This document shows positions 1-12,269 of a DNA stretch of 63,822 nt, piece by piece. A program made the translations under genes and the position numbers. The notes beneath the pieces were generated by a model. That model did not search any database. It saw only the letters and a list, made by a program, of their open reading frames with translations, and was not told the DNA's origin. Within the stretch, counting starts at the first letter, position 1. Each line of letters opens with the position of its first letter. The stretch is from Saccostrea cucullata (Eukaryota), in the NCBI RefSeq assembly GCF_032062105.1, contig NW_026920897.1, positions 179-64,000 on the forward strand. The letters run 5' to 3'.

Positions 1-487
1 ATGGCATAAATTCGTCAGGTGTTTTAACCAGATTTGTGGGATCGATGAAGGCTCATATTCATTTTTTTTGGATTCAAAAGTCAAAAGCAGTGGTGAGTTT
101 TAGGGCGCCGAAGTTGAATTTATATGGAAAAATACGCACAGAATCAAGTCAGGGACAAGATTTAGTACATTTTATTCGTAAACGGTGAGACTCTTTTCAC
201 TCAAAATACATTTGATGAAAACTGCATTAATATACTTCAGTTTAATACAGAACATGTTTTATTTCAAACAATGGAGAACTAAATAAAAGACCGAAAATTG
301 AGCCGTATCATGTAAAAAAAAAAACTTAAATGAATGTCTATGATAGCATAACCGGACATAAACTGTGCTCGTAAACAAACCAAACAATGAATAATGAAAT
401 TGCTGATAAACAGTGTCATAGTCCTACTCTACCTCTTTGCAAATTAAAATTTTCTTTGAAATATTTTTTTTTAAATAAGCCTTTGAC

Positions 488-1770
488 CAGTGGTTTCAAT
501 AAGATTTTCAATAGAAGGAAAAATAGATGGAATAGCAGGAAACCAGTTTCGGCGAGGGGTCTGGGGGCCGCCTTAGGCCCCCAGCGGGTCCAGGGCAGAG
601 CCCTGGTAGGGGGCCCAGGGGGGCGAAGCCCCCCGGCCGAAAACGAAAATCAGCATTTTGGACTCATTTTTCTTACCTATAAGGCCATGAAAAAAGTACC
701 ATTTTTTCACATTCCTGTCACTATCAATTATCAAATTTTACCTAAAAAAGCCAACTAGAGAACAAATTTTTACCTTTTCACAGATTTGTTTGACAGATTT
801 ATGAAAGACTAAATTTTTTTCTTCTGAAACTAAGTGTCTATAAAAACATATAGACAACATGTATGAAATTCTAGGTAAAACATTATACTGGAAATTCTAC
901 ATATTTAGTCCTTTTCACATAAATTGGTCAGGACTTTTATTCAAAATTCAAAAAAAAAGATTATTAAGTTAAAAATTTAAGATTTTTAAAACACTTTGGT
1001 GATGAACAGTACCCCCCAAAATGGAAAAAATTCTGCAATATTGAGACTTTTCATAAAATAATCTTGACGATTTTGTACAGATTGTCAGAACAAAAATATT
1101 AAGAAAATGGAATTTGATACAAAATACTAGTACATTAAAACCTTTCCAAATGTGAAAATAATATACTTTTCCTGTATTTCAAGAGATCTTGCACGAATAA
1201 ATGAGAATGAAATTTCACGTTTTCAGTTTGAGGAAATTTTGTAAGAATTTCTGCGTCTGAGTCAAGATTAAAATATTAAGACTTTTATTCGTAATGATTA
1301 CGTCTTGGCTTAACATATGAGATTTTGTGGAAATCCTGTAAGAATTCATACATTTTTTCGTAAGGTCTTAATCACCGGGGAACCCCTCACTTAATATTGA
1401 GGCTGCCGCACAATCAATTTTCAATAGAAAATTATAAAACACAAACAAATCTTTTCGGAAGGGACCATTTTTTATGCCTCTTAACGCATGTGATCTCAAA
1501 CGCATGTGTTACAGCAGCAGCACGTTTCTCCACGACTTCGCTCAAATATTCGTTGTCCGCGACGCCATTACATGACACTATCGATCTAATCAAACTTCCT
1601 TGAAAAAAGAGCGCACTCAAGGGAAGCTACTCTAGATCATGGAAATAGTTGCGGTAATGATTTCACGTATCAGCACCGGCAAAATTCTTATGACGGAAAT
1701 TTCATAGCCGGCAAAATTTCTCGTACAGGCGGTTAATTTTGCCGGTTGCCGGCTCTTATTGAAAACACTG
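488..1770. mobile_element. Non-autonomous TIR DNA transposon with 5-bp TSD
   Basis: Ends CAGTGGTTTCAATAAGA and TCTTATTGAAAACACTG are inverted repeats with 1 mismatch. TTGAC is duplicated at 483-487 and 1771-1775. GC-rich hairpin block at ~550-640. No transposase ORF. Confidence 0.75.
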
Positions 1771-2044
1771 TTGACAGAACTTTTACGATCAACTCATGTG
1801 GATAAAAACGCGACTTTACAGTATGCTTAACATTCCGTATTCAGTTGTCATTTTCGGAGTTACATGTATTACGTCATAAAAATTATAAAGTGACGTCACA
1901 TTATGTGTATTTTTTCTGATCTTTCTAATGATGTCAAACTTAATAATTTCCGTAAAACGGTTAATCTTTTTTTAAACAGTTGCCAGAACTTTTGAAATGT
2001 CCCTCAATACCATCAACTCGTAAAAATGTATTGACGAGCACTAT

Positions 2045-2046
<2 letters not shown>

Positions 2047-2130
<84 letters not shown>
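2047..2130. repeat. (CT)n microsatellite
   Basis: Directly visible. Confidence 0.98.
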
Positions 2131-2133
<3 letters not shown>

Positions 2134-3489
2134 ATTTAATTATAAACGCTAAGGGGTAAAATAGAAATTGATACATTATAATAAATATTTTTATTTTCAA
2201 TCCTAGACTTTTTAACAACAGACATACAAAGCAACTTAGTCCTATACATATCACAGTTACTTGTTTGTGTACTATAGTTTTAATCTCAAATAATAATAAT
2301 ACAAAGGAGCAAAGTCTAAATTAAATGAAGTTTTGCTGTCACTTACGATTTCAGAGAAAAACACATTTAAATCTCATTTTTAAGCCAATCTCTTCTAAGA
2401 TAATGTATCTATCCATTGTCACAAATAGTCGAGTGGATTTACCTTTTTACAAATTTAAAATATAACTCAAACTATTGTTTCTTTCTTACTACTTACATAT
2501 CTAATAATTCATGATAAACATGTACAAAGTCATTGTGATTGCTGCTGTTGTACTTGTGTCCAGTTGCGCCTCTTGCTTTCCACCTCACAGGCTGGAGAAT
2601 GGACTATAGGTTCCAAGGGTGGCGGCCTATATACTACACTCCAAGGGTACACTGGGCAATATCACTGTCGTACACCCACTTTGACGTATGGCTGGAACCT
2701 GCTCCAACATATACACACAAGTTTTACTTACAAGCTCTAGTGGCTTTACACAAAAATACTTTACTTATGATCATAATGAACACGTCTTAGATATGACTCA
2801 ATTACATACACTCACGAGAAGTTAAAATTATACGTACAACTTCTACACAGATGCAAAATTACGAATTGCTACTTTAAGGACAAACTATTATGACAGGAAT
2901 TGTATACCGTACTTTTAAATAGTCAAATTAAACGAAACATACATGCTAAAAATGATGAGAAGTACGGTTACTTAATGTTTTAGGACAAATGAATGATACT
3001 TTACACTGTAAATAACTAAAATGAAAATTAAACGACCTTACCTCAGAAAAGCTGGACCATAGTGTTCTTTTTAATAAGAATGGAAAGCCAGAGCAAGCCC
3101 TGCAAGTTTTACTCAGTGCATACAAAATATAAATGCTGGATATTCAAATCAAGGTTATACGTGAGAGGGGTAAAGACGTCCTCCTCTCTGGACTGCCGTG
3201 TCCAAACTATCTTGCACGGACTGGCGGGTTTAAAGGTATATACAGTGAAAACATGTCTAAATATAAAGGGGTTCCACAAGGGATATTTACATAAAATTAA
3301 AATACTGTAACAAAATTATAATATGGGGATTTTAATGTGACATCCATAAATGGCATGTCTGTCTTTATATTTTGTTTTATTCAAAACTGAATAAAATCAG
3401 ATCCTTTGACTATAAAGCCTCGTGTAGCGATCTTGGTGAGCGGGTCAAAGGATCCTATTTTAATCAGATTGCTTTTATTTCCGTTAACA

Positions 3490-3930
3490 CTGATTAGGAA
3501 AATATGGGATTATAAAAATGCATATATAGAAAAACTCAATAATCTATTTAAAAATGTTAACTGGGAAAATCTTATTTGTAATACTCATTCATTTACAAAG
3601 CTACCGAAAATTCTTCAACCAAATATCTAGATCTCGTTAGGGAATGTGTACCGGAAAAATCAAAGAAAATCACAAAATTTTAGTAAACCTGTATGTAAAT
3701 GGCAAACTTACAAATTACCATTTCTACGATCTTTTATAAATGAGTGGAATTCTTCGTCGCTAAATACCAGACTTTGGAGCTATTTGTCTGCTTTTAAAAG
3801 TAAAACTAAACAAAAAATAGCAGATGGCCGGCCTTATTTTGATTTTGGGAAAAGATGCAACAATATACTGCATACTAAGCTTCGGCACAACTTCGTGCTA
3901 GACCTTGATATTCATAGATATATAGAGCTT
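3490..3930 (+). mobile_element. CR1-clade LINE ORF2 fragment, internally deleted
   Basis: IRKIWDYKNA..KLNNLFKNVNWENL (post-endonuclease linker) is joined almost directly to a C-terminal SFINEWNS...YFDFGKRCNNILHTKLRHN segment, which parallels the LINE at 7353-8270. Confidence 0.7.
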
Positions 3931-5027
3931 TGCAAATATATACACCATCTCAACTCGTTGGATAGAGCCAATATCAAATCACACAATTATCATGTTCTAT
4001 TTATCTCATACGACTTTCGTTTCAACAAAACTTTGAGACTTCCCCTGCAAAATTATATGAATGATTGCTGATTCAAAGTGATGACGTATAACTGGATGAC
4101 GTAGCACCGTTTATGTTGACATCCCTCGAAAGAAAGTAGATCGTGTTCAAAATTTAGAATTTTTTCCGATCTGCGTCTTTGAAAACATTATGTGACAATT
4201 ACTGGAGCTTACATCAAACGAACTTCTGACTGAAAATAAACTCTTTGGACGATGGCAGTACAAAACGTGTTAGGCTAGGCTAGGGGTCTACTTACAGATT
4301 CATTGTTGATCCGTAGTAAGTTATACCTACATTACTAGGTAGGCATACGTAGTACAATAACATAAGAAAGCATAATTAAACATGTTAAAGGAATCTTATA
4401 ACAACAACTTAACTGCTAGGCTTTACTTTCTCCGAAAACGATTTAAAAGGGGGTGTACGTTAACATAGATCTGTCTTCAAGTAGCTATTACAGGTTCCTT
4501 GATAAAAAAGACACTTCCTTGACATATACGAGTATTTATCTTGCTTTTAACGATATTATCGCTCTTTATCATTCATTTTATTAGGGTTATAATAGGTATC
4601 ACAAATAAAAGTTTCAAATTAAATTTTGAAGCGAGGGATCGTGTCACACCCGGAAGTGCTATTGATAAAGCATCTACCCGTTGATAAAGCATAAGTTTTT
4701 CCAACGGCCTGTATCACCAACACGTATAAGATAAAACAATATCTAGCCCATTATTCATCCTGTGGTAAGGTAGAAGATACACATTATTTTTTCTCTTGTC
4801 CTTACTACAACGAGTCCAGGATAAATACTTTATGTTGAAAGAATAAAACGAGTCGCAGTAATTGATGAAGTTAATAATCTCGCATAAAGCTGATTAACTG
4901 TGGCGGCCTAAAGTGAAGTAAGATCCTCAACAATCACAAACAAAAGTAGAATCTAAACAGATGACTGAAAAAAGTTACTCGGAGAATTAATTTCTATACT
5001 GCATCGCTGACAGAGTTGTTTTAACGC

Positions 5028-5178
5028 CAGTAGCGGATTTAGAGCGGAGGGGACCATCCCCTTTTTTTCTGAATAATGATTGATAAATCAAGTTTTTTTT
5101 TTTTGGTGTTGATGTGGGCCCCTACCCTGACCTCAAACTGGTCCCATCCCCTTTTCAAAATTTCTGGATCCGCCTCTG
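5028..5178. mobile_element. Short MITE with 5-bp TSD
   Basis: Imperfect TIRs CAGTAGCGGATT and GGATCCGCCTCTG. AACGC is duplicated at 5023-5027 and 5179-5183. Confidence 0.7.
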
Positions 5179-6532
5179 AACGCATAACACTGGACCAAGA
5201 TTTCATTGCATAAAAATCTTGTCTAATTTCCAATGGTGATCGCTTGATTTTTCGCTTTTTTGAATTTTTAACACTAAACGTTCCTTTAATAACATTTGTA
5301 GCACGTCTTAAAGATTGTGATATCATTCTAAACTAAGCAGTTATTATATTTATGAATTACGTGTATTCATCATCATGATGTTGTCACGAAAAATTGGGGA
5401 ATTCCCTATAATTGTAAGTTTTGTGTCGTTGTTTCTAGCTCAAAAGTTTGCAAGAGTTTCGATCACCTGAAAACAATTACTACAAAATTTCTTGGAAAAA
5501 ACAGTGATTTATAAAGGACTTTTTTATACGTGGGTTTATTTACAGGTATAAGTTTTAAATATAAAAATATGAGTATGTTCTATTCGTTTTACAGAAAATA
5601 TACTTATATATATTAAATATTTTGTCACATGTGTAACGCTATTGTAACGTAATTACGTTTACGTCACGAAGGTCCCTTTTTACTTGACGCAAACTCATTT
5701 GTTTCAATTCAGTTGCATCAAGCGAAAAGGGACCCTCGTGACCAAATTTACGAAAATCGGTTTTTCACCGTTTCTGAAAGAGCTAGAAAGAGCTTTCTGA
5801 ACATTTGATACCAAATATTTTATTACATACCTTATAAATTCTAATTAAAACTCCAAATGAAAACAATGCAATGCTAACAGGATAACACTGTAAAATGTTG
5901 AATAACGTCACATAACGTCATTGATAATTGGAACGTGCAACGTGATGACTAAATCAACCTTTTGTATTTTAGGAAAAAATTCTATATATACACGTATTTT
6001 AAAGTTTTTTAATATATATTTCTCCAAATATTAGCATTTTTATGATCGTATACATTGTAAAATAGTAAAAATTTTAAGGTTGTTGAAAAAATTATCATCT
6101 AAATGTACATGTATATTGAAATAATTAAATAAGAACTAAATTTTCAAGGAGTATATTCAACGACATCATTTCACCTTTTTTTTCTACATCATCAACATTA
6201 TCATGCTTTAATCACTGGAAATTGGTATTTGAATGGATCCTTGACCAGGGACAGACCGATCACCATAAAAACCAAAAAGGTTCCTACTCTGAAATCCCCT
6301 CGCAAAGCATTCGTAACAACACGGCCATCTTCTAAGAGAAATTATTGTTCACCGAATTGACCGAGTATTTACAATTGCTCGCAAGGGGTTAAAAAAGAAT
6401 GTCCGATATCACTGGTCATGAGGTAAGATTTAAAAGGCCAAAGGATTGTTAATAATTTTCTTTTTCGGTATAATCAGTAAACTCAGCAAAAGCAAACCTT
6501 TATTAGGCAGTTCCTACATGTATTTTTTAGAG

Positions 6533-6750
6533 GATTGATTGAATATATATTGCTTCACCGCCGAGTCGGCAATCTTTCAACTACGTTTCGGCGGAACATC
6601 AGTTTTACATAATCGGTTTTTGAAAGATTTTTGTTTCACTGGCGGCCCCCAGTGAGCATACTCTTTTTTAAACTCCAGAGAAACAATCTTTTACGTGCCA
6701 AAGGGGTTGTCATCCTTGACACGGGGCACAATTTTTCGTCCCGCCTGATG
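6533..6750 (-). mobile_element. 5'-truncated SINE (family shared with 44584 and 53117)
   Basis: Aligns by eye to the other two copies. Short (ATCA)n tail on the minus strand. Confidence 0.8.
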
Positions 6751-7352
6751 GACTTCTTATACAGGAAGTGAACTGTGAAGTATAGGGAGGTGCTGTAAAA
6801 TGCTGTGTTTCTGTACAATGTTGTACTATAATGCACAGAGCTTAGTACAGTTATGTGCATAAAAAGTACAAGGTTTGTCTGAAATTTTCAAAAAAAAAAT
6901 TTCAAAGGATAATAATTCCAGTAGTTAGATATTATGTCACCAACGACAACATGTACAGTACGACAAAATAAACTGTCACACTATTTATCATTCAACGCCT
7001 AAAAACATGTTTAGAAAGTAGTTTATTCTAGTAAGTTTTATTCAATGAGTACCTTATTTTTTGTTTCTTTATCTTAGAAAGTTAAAAGTTCTTAACAAAT
7101 TTATGGTCTTTTAGCGGTTTTTTGTTGATCAACTTAATACAAAAGTTTAATTTCCTATAAATCCGACGAGCATATGTAATACTCTCGATCTTCTTACCAA
7201 TAACAGAGAGTGTTGTTAAAGAATATATGTGCTAAGCACTCATGAAAAATAAAAAAAAAAGAAAAAAAAAAGATTCCTGTCCCAACCCTGAAAAAATATA
7301 ATATTCAACTACAAAATATTGAACATCCTTTATTTATTTCAATCTTCCCCTG

Positions 7353-8270
7353 TTGATTTGATTTGAACATATTTTATTGCTTATACTTTACAATTGGGAT
7401 TGGGCAAAAGTTCTAAAAACTTATTACGCCCTTTCCCTACATATACATTATACCAAACATATTTACATACATGGGTTTCAGCTTAAAATGAAATAACAAT
7501 AATAATAATATAATATTGATATATAATAATTTGAGTAAAACACATTCAATAGAATTCATTTCATATGTAATAGACATGCTGTATAAGATTTACACTTAGT
7601 AATAATTATTGTATCAACCAAATCGTCTTGACTTTTTAATAAAAGTTTGTACAATAGAAAATAGGTATTCATTCAAAATCATTTAACGATTTGTCTCCCC
7701 AGAGTAAAGTGTGAGTATCGACAGTGTGTAATTTACCCATTCGCAAAAATTTGTCAAAAAATTCATTCCTGGCCTCTGTATATTTTTGCATGAGAAGAAA
7801 TAATGATGAGTATCCTCCACTCTTCCACAAGAACATAGTGGACTCAAGATTACATTACATCGAAAAAGATCGCTATTAAGCACATATTTATGTCTAAGCC
7901 TCGTGTGTATTATACTTAAGCGTTGAGTTCCATAACTGAAGTAAGAGGGTAGCATTAGTTTACTGTAAGAAATAGACTTTCTAAAAATAGATAACGAGGG
8001 AGAATTCCTTACATTAAGAGGTAATGAGTTCCATTCTTCAATAACAAGGGGAACGAAAGTTGATTTGTAAGCTTGCAATCTGCATTTGGGTATGTTATAG
8101 TTCTCCGAGTTTCTCGTACTGTAACTTGATGAATTACATCGTAAGTTTGGGATTATATCAGTGAGACATTCAGGAACTTGGTTTTTTCAATTCTATACAT
8201 TGTAGTTAGTCTAGTCTTTTTCCTTCTTTCAAGTAATGGTTCCCATCCAGTTTCAATGTAAAGTGCATTT
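7353..8270 (-). mobile_element. CR1-clade LINE, 5'-truncated 3' end
   Basis: Translates to LYIETGWEPLLERRK...YKSTFVPLVIEEWNSLP...IIHTRLRH...CSCGRVEDTHHYFFSC. The 3' UTR ends in AATAAA and a (TCAAA)n tail. Confidence 0.9.
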
Positions 8271-8423
8271 CATGTTAACAGATGTTTAGATAATGATTGT
8301 ATGTTTGTATGATGATTTATTGATACTATTTGAATACATGAATCATACAAGCGACCAATGTGAAAAAAATATCGCTGCTTCGATTGCTGGAAAATTACAA
8401 GCTGAATTTTTCTGCAAGAAATT

Positions 8424-11386
8424 TTAACATTTTAAGCTACTGTGGTGAATGTAACGAAATTTCATCCAAAAACCAACTATGTTTGTAAGCAAATCTGGAA
8501 AATGATGGAGGATATGCTGGCACAATTCGAAATTAGAATTCATACAAGCAATGTGAAGAATATTACAACCATCCTTGTTTTTATGTGTCATGTCGACGCC
8601 TTTTTCTGCCAGAAGTTCTAAGATTTCAACATTTCCTCCTTGTGCAGCGCATAATGCGACATTCCATCCATTGTAATCTACCTGATTAAGCATGTCTGGG
8701 TAATAATGGATGATATGTTTACACATTTCTATATGAGAATGCTTACAGGCAATGTGAAGAATATTTTCACCTAGCCTGCTTTTATGTGTCATACTGACGC
8801 CCTTTTTTGCCAGAAGTTGAAGGATTTTAACATTTCCCCCAAATGCAGCGAATATTGCAGCATTCCATCCTTGAGCATTTATCTGCTTAAGCATATCTGG
8901 ATAATGTTGGATGATATGTTGACACATTTCTGATTTAGAATTGCTACAAGCAATGTGAAGAATGTTACTGCGATACTTGTTTTTATGTGTCGTGTCGACG
9001 ACATTTTCTGCTAGAAAGTCAAGAATTTCGACATTCCCTCCCTGTGCGGCGCATAATGTAGCATTCCATCCTTCATCATTTATCTGCTTAAGCATTTCTG
9101 GATAATGCTGGATGATATATTGGCACATTTCTAATTTAGAATAGAGACAGGCAACGTGAAGAATATTACTACCCACTTTGTTCTTATGTGTCGTGTCGAC
9201 GCCTTTTTCTGCGAGAATTCTTAAAATTTCAACATTTCCTCCTATTGCAGCGCATATTATAGCATTCGATCCCTCCGTATGTACCTCCTTCAGCAAATCT
9301 GGATAATGTTGAATGATATGTTGGCACATTTTTATTTTAGAATAGCTACAAGCAACCTGAAGAATATTAACGCCAAATTTGGTTTTATGTGTCATGTCGA
9401 CGCCATTTTCTGCCAGAAGTTCTAGAATTTCTACATTTCCTCCTTGTGCAGCAAATAATGCAGCATTCCATCCTCTATTATTTACTTGCTGAAGCATATC
9501 TGGATAATGTTTGATGATATGTTGGCACATTTCTGATTTAGCACCAGCACAGGCAATGTGAAGAATATTACTGCCAAGCTTGTTGTTATGTGTTATGTCT
9601 ACGCCTTTTTCTTCCAGAAGTTCTAGGATTTCAATATTCCCTCCTCGTGCAGCTGAAAATGCAGCATTCCATCCCGCAGTATTCATCTGCTGAAGCATGT
9701 CTGGATAATATTGGGTAATATGTTTGCACATTTCTAAGTTAGAATTCATGCAAGCAACGTGAAAAAGATTACCATCTACTTTGTTTTTATGTTTTATGGT
9801 GACTCCTTTTTCTGCCAGAAGTTCTAGAATTTCAACATTTCCACCAAAAGCGGTGCACATTGCAGAATTCCATCCCGCACAATCTACCTGATAAAGCATA
9901 TCTGGATGATATTTAATGATATATCTGCACACCTCCAATGTAGAATTCACACAAGCAATGTAAAGAATATTATTGTCAAACTTGTTTTTATGTGTCATGT
10001 CGACACCCTTTTCTTCCAAAAGTTCTAGAATTTCAACTCTTTCTCCTTGTGCAGCGCATAATGCAGCATTCCATCCTTCATAATCTACTTGCTTAAGCAT
10101 ATTTGGATAATGTTTTATGATATGTTGGCACATTTCTAATCGAGAATTAACACAAGCAATATGAAGAATATTTCTGCCACGTTTGTTTTTTTGTTTTATG
10201 TTAACACCTTTTTCTGCGAGAATTTCTAGAATAATAACGTTTCCACTTACGGTAGCGTACGATGCAGCATTCCATCCTTCATAATCCTCTTGTTTAAGTA
10301 TATCTGGGTAATGCTGAATGATATGTTGGCACATTTCTAATTTAGAATTGCTACAAGCAAGGTGAAGAATATTAACGTTATTTTTGTTTTTACATGTTAT
10401 GTCGACGCCTTTTTCTGTAAGAAGTTTTAGAATTTCAACATTTCCGCCTTGTGCAGCGTACAATGCAGCATTCCATCCATTATAATCAACCTGATGAAGC
10501 ATATCTGGATAATGTTGGATGGTATGTTGGCATATTTCTAATTTACAATTGCTACAAGCAATGTGGAGAATGTTACTGCCATACTTGTTTTTATGCGTCA
10601 TGTCGACGCCTTTTCCTCCAAGAAGTTGTAGAATTTCAATGTTCCCTCCCTGTGCGGCATACAATGCGGCATTCCATCCTTCATCATCTTCCTGCTTGAG
10701 CATATTTGGATAATATTGAATTATATGTTGGCACATTTTTAATTTAGAATTGCTACAAGCAACGTTAAGGATATTACTGCCATTCTTGTTTTTATGTGTC
10801 ATGTCGACGCCTTTTTCTGCCAGAAGTTGTAAAATTTGAATATTTCCTGCGTGTGCGGCGCAAAATGCAGCATTCCATCCTTTGGCATTCAACTGTTTCA
10901 GCATTTCTGGATAATGTTGGATGATATGTTGGCACATTTCCAATCGAGAATTCATACAAGCAATGTGAAAAATATCACTGTCAATTCTGTTCTTATATTT
11001 CAAGTCGACGCCATTTTCTGCCAGAAGTTCTAAGATTTCAACATTTCCTCCTTGTGCTGCACATAATGCTGCATTCCATCCATCATTATCTACCTGAAAA
11101 AGCATGGCTGGATAGCGATTAATGAGATATTTGCACATGTGTTTCTCCCCCGATTTACAGGCAATGTGAAGGCCTCCAGTTTTCACTTTACTTTCATAAA
11201 AACTGTTCATTTTTCTGGCCCTTGACTGTTCTGAAATGTCTCTTGGTTCTTCCTCTATATAATGTAACGATACATTCGGTTTACCATCCTTTTCTTTTGA
11301 CTTTTCTAAAAGTTTAATAATTTCATTATCTGAACTATTTTTTCTTGTTGGATCTCGGTTGCTGAGCGGATGTTTCTTATTACCAT
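8424..11386 (-). CDS. Terminal exon: juxtamembrane linker plus 27 ankyrin repeats of a predicted single-pass receptor
   Basis: 928-aa ORF with a 67-aa double-ankyrin unit (GWNAAL.AAQGGN.EIL / NILHIAC.NS.LEMC). The frame stays open 58 codons upstream of the ATG, to the acceptor TTGTTTCAG| at 11386 (phase 1). Confidence 0.93.
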
Positions 11387-12228
11387 CTGAAACAATGAAT
11401 TCAAAAAAACATGTAAAACAGGTAAAGCCACGAACTACCCATATCTGCCTTTATTTTGAGACAAAATTTAAGTTTGAAATCACAAAGCCTATCAAATGTT
11501 ATTTTGTAGAGTACAATGTCATGTTACACTACATATAATTTTTTGGCACAAAAGTCACCGTCTTTAGCACATGCGCAGCAACAAATGTACCAATGAAGTT
11601 AAAAATTGCATAAAACTGCATAAAAACGCCGATTTTACGGCAGTTATTTCGTAATTTGAATGTGGCCACACTCAAGTATTCCTTCCAAACTTTGCATGCA
11701 TAAAAATATTGCATATATACACATACACCTTTATGCAAAAGATCTTAGAGGTACTTGCGTGTGGCCAATATGAGTTTTACATTTTATGAATGTTAAGCTT
11801 TCAGAAATTGAAGCACGGTCCTCCATTTTAATAGAAATAATAAGTTCATCATATGCGTAAATATCTTAAATAAGTTATTAGTATATTAGATTTATTCTTG
11901 ATAATTATATAATCCCTTGTTTGTCAATAATTTTGTAATAGAATACCTTAAATTGATATTTAAAATGTGTTATTTCATATAAAATTTAAAATTACGCTCT
12001 CTGCATTCATGCTTACGTACATCAATGATGACGTCATAATTAGACATTCATGACGTCTTATAGATTTGATTATGAGCAAAAATAATTTTGAGAATATTGT
12101 CAAAATAATTTTATAATTAGAAAAAAATTTATTGCTTGCACTAGATCTTGAACGTTATACCTTTTTTCAAATATTTTTATTAACATTAACAAATGCCTAA
12201 TCCGAATTTAAAATACTAAGCTTTAAAA

Positions 12229-12230
<2 letters not shown>

Positions 12231-12265
<35 letters not shown>
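12231..12265. repeat. (CT)n microsatellite
   Basis: Directly visible. Confidence 0.97.

Positions 12266-12269
<4 letters not shown>

Noticed and set aside
387-758. 123-aa ORF with a GC-rich middle
   Set aside because: It crosses the boundary of the MITE at 488 and reads through its hairpin block; there are no protein features.
2520-3260. Possible minus-strand exons (GTAAG donor near 3040)
   Set aside because: All frames contain stops and no recognisable domain emerges.
10451-11033. Plus-strand ORFs inside the ankyrin gene
   Set aside because: Antisense shadows of the repetitive coding strand.
8480-11180. Regular repeats as a CRISPR-like array
   Set aside because: These are coding 201-bp ankyrin units with no unique spacers, in a eukaryotic context with no cas genes.
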